Origin: Rebecca billardiae RCC1528
Taxonomy: Eukaryota > Protista > Haptophyta
Length of the DNA stretch: 64,000 nucleotides
Direction of reading: 5' to 3'
NCBI GenBank assembly: GCA_965240325.2
Contig: OZ251222.1
Span: 5,026,636 to 5,090,635 of the forward strand
A program made the position numbers and the translations under genes. The number at the start of each line of letters is the position of its first letter. The first letter of the stretch is position 1. Below, one piece after another: positions 56,291-64,000 of this stretch. The notes under the pieces are model-generated. The model saw only the letters and a program-made list of their open reading frames with translations. It was not told the DNA's origin and made no database searches.

Positions 56291-59200
56291 GCGGCGCAAC
56301 TTAGCGACGAGCGATGCATGTAATCCACGATCAGGGTGGGTTGGACGGGTGAGCGCAGCCCGAGCGGCGGAGGCCTCGCCGCACGCCGGCTGTAGCAGCA
56401 GCGTTGCTTCCGCGAGCCGCCTCAGCCTGTCAGAAGCAGCTGACGACCGGCCGGGCCCGCGGCCGTCGGCTGCGGGCGGCTCGCACGAGCCCAAGCGGCG
56501 CAACTTAGCGACGAGCGAGGCATCTAATCCAAGATCGGGGTGGGTTGGACGGGTGAGCGCAGCCTGAGCGGCGGAGGCCTCGCCGCACGCCGGCTGTAGC
56601 AGCAGCGGCGCTTCCGCGAGCCGCCTCAGCCTGTCAAAAGCAGCTGACGACCGGCCGGGCCCGCGGCCGTCGGCTGGGGGCGGCTCGCACGAGCCCAAGC
56701 GGCGCAACTTAGCGACGAGCGATGCATCTAATCCAAGATCGGGGTGGGTTGGACGGGTGAGCGCAGCCTGAGTGGCGGAGGCCTCGCCCCAGGCCGGCTG
56801 TAGCAGCAGCGGCGCTTCCGCGAGCCGCCGGAGTCAGTCAAGGAGCAGCTGACGACCCGCCGGGCCCGCGGCCGTCGGCTGCGGGCAGCTCGCACGAGCC
56901 CAAGCGGCGCAACTTAGCGACAAGCGATGCATCTAATCCAAGATCGGGGTGGGTTGGACGGGTGAGCGCAGCCTGAGCGGCGGAGGCCTCGCCGCACGCC
57001 GGCTGTAGCAGCAGCGGCGCTTCCGCGAGCCGCCTCAGCCTGTCAAAAGCAGCTGACGACCGGCCGGGCCCGCGGCCGTCGGCTGGGGGCGGCTCGCACG
57101 AGCCCAAGCGGCGCAACTTAGCGACGAGCGATGCATCTAATCCAAGATCGGGGTGGGTTGGACGGGTGAGCGCAGCCTGAGCGGCGGAGGCTTCGCCCCA
57201 CGCCGGCTGTAGCAGCAGCGGAGCTTCTGAGAGCCGCCTGAGCCTGTCAAAAGCAGCTGACGACCGGCCGGGCCCGCGGCCGTCGGCTGCGGGCGGCTCG
57301 CACGAGCCCAAGCGGCGCAACTTAGCGACGAGCGAGGCATCTAATCCAAGATCGGGGTGGGTTGGACCTGTGAGCGCAGCCTGAGCGGCGGAGGCCCCGT
57401 CTCAAGCCGGCTGGAGCAGCAGCGGCGCTTCCGCGAGCCGCCTCAGCCTGTCAAAAGCAGCTGACGACCGGCCGGGCCCGCGGCCGTCGGCTGCGGGCTG
57501 CTGGCACGTGGCGAAGCGGCGGAACTTAGCGACGAGCGATGCATCTAATCCAAGATCGGGGTGGGTTGGACGGGTGAGCCCAGCCTGAGTGGTGGAGGCC
57601 TCGCCCCAGGCTGGCTGTAGCAGCAGCGGCGCTTCCGCGAGCCGCCTGAGCCTGTCAAAAGCAGCTGACGACCGGCCGGGCCCGCGGCCGTCGGCTGCGG
57701 GCAGCTGGCACGAGGCGAAGCGGCGCAACTTAGCGACGAGCGATGCATCTAATCCAAGATCGGGGTGGGTTGGACGGGTGAGCGCAGCCTGAGTGGCGGA
57801 GGCCTCGCCGCACGCCGGCTGGAGCAGCAGCGGCGCTTCCGCGAGCCGCCTGAGCCTGTCAAAAGCAGCTGACGACCCGCCGGGCCCGCGGCCGTCGGCT
57901 GCGGGCGGCTCGCACGAGCCCAAGCGGCGCAACTTAGCGACGAGCGATGCATCTAATCCAAGATCGGGGTGGGTTGGACAGGTGAGCGAAGCCTGCGTGG
58001 CGGAGGCCTCGCCCCAGGCCGGCTGTAGCAGCAGCGGCGCTTCCGCGAGCCGCCTGAGCCTGTCAAAAGCAGCTGACGACCGGCCGGGCCCGCGGCCGTC
58101 GGCTGGGGGCGGCTCGCACGAGGCGAAGCGGCGCAACTTAGCGACGAGCGATGCATCTAATCCAAGATCGGGGTGGGTTGGACGGGTGAGCGCAGCCTGA
58201 GCGGCGGAGGCCTCGCCCCACGCCGGCTGGAGCAGCAGCGGCGCTTCCGCGAGCCGCCTCAGCCTGTCAAAAGCAGCTGACGACCCGCCGGGCCCGCGGC
58301 CGTCGGCTGGGGGCGGCTCGCACGAGGCCAAGCGGCGCAACTTAGCGACGAGCGATGCATCTAATCCAAGATCGGGGTGGGTTGGACGGGTGAGCGCAGC
58401 CTGAGCGGCGGAGGCCTCGCCCCACGCCGGCTGGAGCAGCAGCGGAGCTTCTGAGAGCCGCCGGAGTCGGCCAGAAGCCCTTGACGACCGGCCGGGCCCG
58501 CGGCCGTCGGCTGCGGGCGGCTCGCACGAGGCGAAGCGGCACAACTTAGCGACGAGCGATGCATCTAATCCAAGATCGGGGTGGGTTGGACGGGTGAGCG
58601 CAGCCTGAGCGGCGGAGGCCTCGCCCCACGCCGGCTGTAGCAGCAGCGGCGCTTCCGCGAGCCGCCTCAGCCTGTCAAAAGCAGCTGACGACCGGCCGGG
58701 CCCGCGGCCGTCGGCTGGGGGCGGCTCGCACGAGGCGAAGCGGCGCAACTTAGCGACGAGCGATGCATCTAATCCAAGATCGGGGTGGGTTGGACGGGTG
58801 AGCGCAGCCTGAGCGGCGGAGGCCTCGCCCCACGCCGGCTGGAGCAGCAGCGGCGCTTCCGCGAGCCGCCTCAGCCTGTCAAAAGCAGCTGACGACCCGC
58901 CGGGCCCGCGGCCGTCGGCTGCGGGCGGCTCGCACGAGCCCAAGCGGCGCAACTTAGCGACGAGCGATGCATCTAATCCAAGATCGGGGTGGGTTGGACG
59001 GGTGAGCGCAGCCTGAGCGGCGGAGGCCCCGTCTCAAGCCGGCTGTAGCAGCAGCGGAGCTTCTGAGAGCCGCCGGAGTCGGCCAGAAGCCCTTGACGAC
59101 CGGCCGGGCCCGCGGCCGTCGGCTGCGGGCGGCTCGCACGAGGCGAAGCGGCACAACTTAGCGACGAGCGATGCATCTAATCCAAGATCGGGGTGGGTTG

Positions 59201-62200
59201 GACGGGTGCAGGTGAGCGAAGCCTGCGTGGCGGAGGCCTCGCCCCAGGCCGGCTGTAGCAGCAGCAGCGCTTCCGCGAGCCGCCGGAGTCAGTCAAGGAG
59301 CAGCTGACGACCCGCCGGGCCCGCGGCCGTCGGCCGCGGGCGGCTCGCACGAGGCGAAGCGGCGCAACTTAGCGACGAGCGATGCATCTAATCCAAGATC
59401 GGGGTGGGTTGGACAGGTGAGCGCAGCCTGAGCGGCGGAGGCCTCGCCCCAGGCCGGCTGTAGCAGCAGCGGCGCTTCCGTGAGCCGCCGGAGTCAGTCA
59501 AGGAGCAGCTGACGACCCGCCGGGCCCGCGGCCGTCGGCTGCGGGCAGCTCGCACGAGCCCAAGCGGCGCAACTTAGCGACGAGCGATGCATCTAATCCA
59601 AGATCGGGGTGGGTTGGACGGGTGAGCGCAGCCTGAGCGGCGGAGGCCTCGCCGCACGCCGGCTGTAGCAGCAGCGGCGCTTCTGAGAGCCGCCTCAGCC
59701 TGTCAAAAGCAGCTGACGACCGGCCGGGCCCGCGGCCGTCGGCTGCGGGCGGCTCGCACGAGGCGAAGCGGCACAACTTAGCGACGAGCGATGCATCTAA
59801 TCCAAGATCGGGGTGGGTTGGACGGGTGCAGGTGAGCGAAGCCTGCGTGGCGGAGGCCTCGCCCCAGGCCGGCTGTAGCAGCAGCAGCGCTTCCGCGAGC
59901 CGCCGGAGTCAGTCAAGGAGCAGCTGACGACCCGCCGGGCCCGCGGCCGTCGGCCGCGGGCGGCTCGCACGAGGCGAAGCGGCGCAACTTAGCGACGAGC
60001 GATGCATCTAATCCAAGATCGGGGTGGGTTGGACAGGTGAGCGCAGCCTGAGCGGCGGAGGCCTCGCCCCAGGCCGGCTGTAGCAGCAGCGGCGCTTCCG
60101 TGAGCCGCCGGAGTCAGTCAAGGAGCAGCTGACGACCCGCCGGGCCCGCGGCCGTCGGCTGCGGGCGGCTCGCACGAGCCCAAGCGGCGCAACTTAGAGA
60201 CGAGCGATGCATCTAATCCAAGATCGGGGTGGGTTGGACGGGTGAGCGCAGCCCGAGCGGCGGAGGCCTCGCCCCAGGCCGGCTGTAGCAGCAGCGGCGC
60301 TTCCGCGAGCCGCCGGAGTCAGTCAAGGAGCAGCTGACGACCCGCCGGGCCCGCGGCCGTCGGCTGCGGGCGGCTCGCACGAGCCCAAGCGGCGCAACTT
60401 AGAGACGAGCGATGCATCTAATCCAAGATCGGGGTGGGTTGGACGGGTGAGCGCAGCCCGAGCGGCGGAGGCCCCGTCTCAAGCCGGCTGGAGCAGCAGC
60501 GGCGCTTCCGCGAGCCGCCTCAGCCTGTCAAAAGCAGCTGACGACCGGCCGGGCCCGCGGCCGTCGGCTGCGGGCTGCTGGCACGTGGCGAAGCGGCGGA
60601 ACTTAGAGACGAGCGATGCATCTAATCCAAGATCGGGGTGGGTTGGACGGGTGAGCGCAGCCCGAGCGGCGGAGGCCTCGCCCCAGGCCGGCTGTAGCAG
60701 CAGCGGCGCTTCCGCGAGCCGCCGGAGTCAGTCAAGGAGCAGCTGACGACCCGCCGGGCCCGCGGCCGTCGGCTGCGGGCGGCTCGCACGAGCCCAAGCG
60801 GCGCAACTTAGAGACGAGCGATGCATCTAATCCAAGATCGGGGTGGGTTGGACGGGTGAGCGCAGCCCGAGCGGCGGAGGCCCCGTCTCAAGCCGGCTGG
60901 AGCAGCAGCGGCGCTTCCGCGAGCCGCCTCAGCCTGTCAAAAGCAGCTGACGACCGGCCGGGCCCGCGGCCGTCGGCTGCAGGCAGCTGGCACGAGGCGA
61001 AGCGGCGCAACTTAGCGACGAGCGATGCATCTAATCCAAGATCGGGGTGGGTTGGACGGGTGAGCGCAGCCTGAGTGGCGGAGGCCTCGCCGCACGCCGG
61101 CTGGAGCAGCAGCGGCGCTTCCGCGAGCCGCCTGAGCCTGTCAAAAGCAGCTGACGACCCGCCGGGCCCGCGGCCGTCGGCTGCGGGCGGCTCGCACGAG
61201 CCCAAGCGGCGCAACTTAGCGACGAGCGATGCATCTAATCCAAGATCGGGGTGGGTTGGACAGGTGAGCGAAGCCTGCGTGGCGGAGGCCTCGCCCCAGG
61301 CCGGCTGTAGCAGCAGCGGCGCTTCCGCGAGCCGCCTGAGCCTGTCAAAAGCAGCTGACGACCGGCCGGGCCCGCGGCCGTCGGCTGCGGGCGGCTCGCA
61401 CGAGCCCAAGCGGCGCAACTTAGCGACGAGCGATGCATCTAATCCAAGATCGGGGTGGGTTGGACGGGTGAGCGCAGCCTGAGCGGCGGAGGCCCCGTCT
61501 CAAGCCGGCTGGAGCAGCAGCGGAGCTTCTGAGAGCCGCCGGAGTCGGCCAGAAGCCCTTGACGACCGGCCGGGCCCGCGGCCGTCGGCTGCGGGCAGCT
61601 GGCACGAGGCGAAGCGGCGGAACTTAGAGACGAGCGATGCATCTAATCCAAGATCGGGGTGGGTTGGACGGGTGAGCGCAGCCCGAGCGGCGGAGGCCTC
61701 GCCCCAGGCCGGCTGTAGCAGCAGCGGCGCTTCCGCGAGCCGCCGGAGTCAGTCAAGGAGCAGCTGACGACCCGCCGGGCCCGCGGCCGTCGGCTGCGGG
61801 CGGCTCGCACGAGCCCAAGCGGCGCAACTTAGAGACGAGCGATGCATCTAATCCAAGATCGGGGTGGGTTGGACGGGTGAGCGCAGCCCGAGCGGCGGAG
61901 GCCCCGTCTCAAGCCGGCTGGAGCAGCAGCGGCGCTTCCGCGAGCCGCCTCAGCCTGTCAAAAGCAGCTGACGACCGGCCGGGCCCGCGGCCGTCGGCTG
62001 CAGGCAGCTGGCACGAGGCGAAGCGGCGCAACTTAGCGACGAGCGATGCATCTAATCCAAGATCGGGGTGGGTTGGACGGGTGAGCGCAGCCTGAGTGGC
62101 GGAGGCCTCGCCGCACGCCGGCTGGAGCAGCAGCGGCGCTTCCGCGAGCCGCCTGAGCCTGTCAAAAGCAGCTGACGACCCGCCGGGCCCGCGGCCGTCG

Positions 62201-62634
62201 GCTGCGGGCGGCTCGCACGAGCCCAAGCGGCGCAACTTAGCGACGAGCGATGCATCTAATCCAAGATCGGGGTGGGTTGGACAGGTGAGCGAAGCCTGCG
62301 TGGCGGAGGCCTCGCCCCAGGCCGGCTGTAGCAGCAGCGGCGCTTCCGCGAGCCGCCTGAGCCTGTCAAAAGCAGCTGACGACCGGCCGGGCCCGCGGCC
62401 GTCGGCTGCGGGCGGCTCGCACGAGCCCAAGCGGCGCAACTTAGCGACGAGCGATGCATCTAATCCAAGATCGGGGTGGGTTGGACGGGTGAGCGCAGCC
62501 TGAGCGGCGGAGGCCCCGTCTCAAGCCGGCTGGAGCAGCAGCGGAGCTTCTGAGAGCCGCCGGAGTCGGCCAGAAGCCCTTGACGACCCGCCGGGCCCGC
62601 GGCCTTCGGCTGCGGGCGGCTCGCACGAGCCCAA
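56291..62634. repeat. 204-bp subtelomeric satellite, 31 monomers, with higher-order repeats
   Basis: Monomer GCGGCGCAACTTAGCGACGAGCGATGCATCTAATCCAAGATCGGGGTGGGTTGG...CACGAGCCCAA. The 6,344-bp length equals 31 x 204 plus eight 1-bp and two 6-bp insertions. Confidence 0.97.
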
Positions 62635-62818
62635 GGTTAAGGGTTAGGGTTAGGGTTAGGGTTAGGGTTAGGTTAGGGTTAGGGTTAGGGGTTAGGTTAG
62701 GGGTTAGGGTTAGGGTTAGGGTTAGGGTTAGGGTTAGGGTTAGGGTTAGGGTTAGGGTTAGGGTTAGGGTTAGGGTTAGGGGGTTAGGGTTAGGGTTAGG
62801 GTTAGGGTTAGGGTTAGG

Positions 62819-62850
<32 letters not shown>

Positions 62851-62876
62851 GGTTAGGGTTAGGGTTAGGGTTAGGG

Positions 62877-62917
<41 letters not shown>

Positions 62918-63318
62918 GGTTAGGGTTAGGGTTAGGGTTAGGGTTAGGGTTAGGGTTAGGGTTAGGGTTAGGGTTAGGGTTAGGGTTAGGGTTAGGGGTT
63001 AGGGTTAGGTTAGGGGTTAGGGTTAGGGTTAGGGTTAGGGTTAGGGTTAGGGTTAGGGGTTAGGGTTAGGGTTAGGGTTAGGGTTAGGGGTTAGGGTTAG
63101 GGTTAGGGTTAGGGTTAGGGTTGGGTTTGGGGTAGGGTTAGGGTTAGGGTTAGGTTAGGGGTAGGGTTGTGAACTTTAACTGTCACTTTAACTTTAACTT
63201 TTAACTTTAACTTTAACTTTAACTTTAACTTGAACTTTAAACTTAACTTTAACTTTAACTTTAACTTTAACTTTAACTTTAACTTTAACTTTAACTTTGG
63301 TTAGGGTTAGGGTTAGGG

Positions 63319-63359
<41 letters not shown>

Positions 63360-64000
63360 GGTTAGGGTTAGGGTTAGGGTTAGGGTTAGGGTTAGGGTTA
63401 GGGTTAGGGTTAGGGTTAGGGTTAGGGTTAGGGTTAGGGTTAGGGTTAGGGTTAGGGTTAGGGTTAGGGTTAGGGTTAGGGTTAGGGTTAGGGTTAGGGT
63501 TAGGGTTAGGGTTAGGGTTAGGGTTAGGGTTAGGGTTAGGGTTAGGGTTAGGGTTAGGGTTAGGGTTAGGGTTAGGGTTAGGGTTAGGGTTAGGGTTAGG
63601 GTTAGGGTTAGGGTTAGGGTTAGGGTTAGGGTTAGGGTTAGGGGTTAGGGTTAGGGTTAGGGGTTAGGGTTAGGGTTTAGGGTTTAGGGTTAGGGTTAGG
63701 GTTAGGGTTAGGGAACTTTAGGGTTAGGGTTAGGGTTAGGGTTAGGGTTAGGGTTAGGGTTAGGGTTAGGGTTAGGGTTAGGGTAGGGTTAGGGTTAGGG
63801 TTAGGGTTAGGGTTAGGGTTAGGGTTAGGGTTAGGGTTAGGGTTAGGGTTAGGGTTAGGGTTAGGGTTAGGGTTAGGGTAGGGTTAGGGTTAGGGTTAGG
63901 GGTTAGGGTTAGGGTTAGGGTTAGGGTTAGGGGTTAGGGTTAGGGTTAGGGTTAGGGTTAGGGGTTAGGGTTAGGGTTAGGGTTAGGGTTAGGGTTAGGG
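62635..64000 (+). repeat. Telomere (TTAGGG)n, chromosome end
   Basis: About 1.36 kb of TTAGGG with occasional TTAGG, TTAGGGG and TTTAGGG variants, running to the end of the window with the G-rich strand pointing outward. Confidence 0.99.
63172..63298 (+). repeat. (AACTTT)n tract embedded in the telomere
   Basis: About 20 hexamer copies read directly, plus one isolated AACTTT near 63714. Confidence 0.85.

Noticed and set aside
57402-58952. 516-aa repetitive ORF in the satellite
   Set aside because: It arises because 204 is divisible by 3 and the DNA is GC-rich. 205-bp variants and stops break it, and there is no real start context.
56291-62634. Satellite as a CRISPR-like array
   Set aside because: The whole monomer is repeated, there are no unique spacers, no cas genes are present, and the context is eukaryotic.

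Overview
This is the right-hand end of a very GC-rich eukaryotic chromosome. It has short GC-rich introns (one with a GC-AG donor) and a TTAGGG telomere; the style fits a haptophyte alga such as Pavlovales, which is inference. Layout: (1) 0.5-2.2 kb, two hypothetical genes. (2) 2.5-18.4 kb, a gene-poor repeat island. Its centre is an apparently exact head-to-tail 2 x 2,830-bp duplication (6267-11926). Each unit carries a CRESS-DNA-virus-type Rep with HUH motif HFH, a GRS-like segment, YCQK and a superfamily-3 helicase with Arg finger. The Rep N-terminus has two in-frame stops, and no capsid is recognisable. Two inverted protein-kinase pseudogene fragments and two copies of a hairpin-bearing dispersed repeat flank the dimer. 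(3) 18.5-43.6 kb, nine host genes: a PA-domain/~7TM/HET-TIR-like protein, a beta-helix GGA-repeat protein, a clan GH-A glycoside hydrolase, an MFS transporter, a His-rich CDF zinc transporter, a CID-domain protein, a small membrane protein, a large coiled-coil protein and an F-box-JmjC protein. Two ~1.1-kb foldback transposons with ~400-bp TIRs, CAAGGG ends and 7-bp TSDs lie between these genes. (4) 44-56 kb, a degenerate subtelomeric repeat mosaic with an XPG/FEN1-family fragment. (5) 56.3-62.6 kb, 31 whole copies of a 204-bp satellite. (6) (TTAGGG)n to the window end, with an embedded (AACTTT)n tract. All family calls come from motif reading by eye; no database searches were run.
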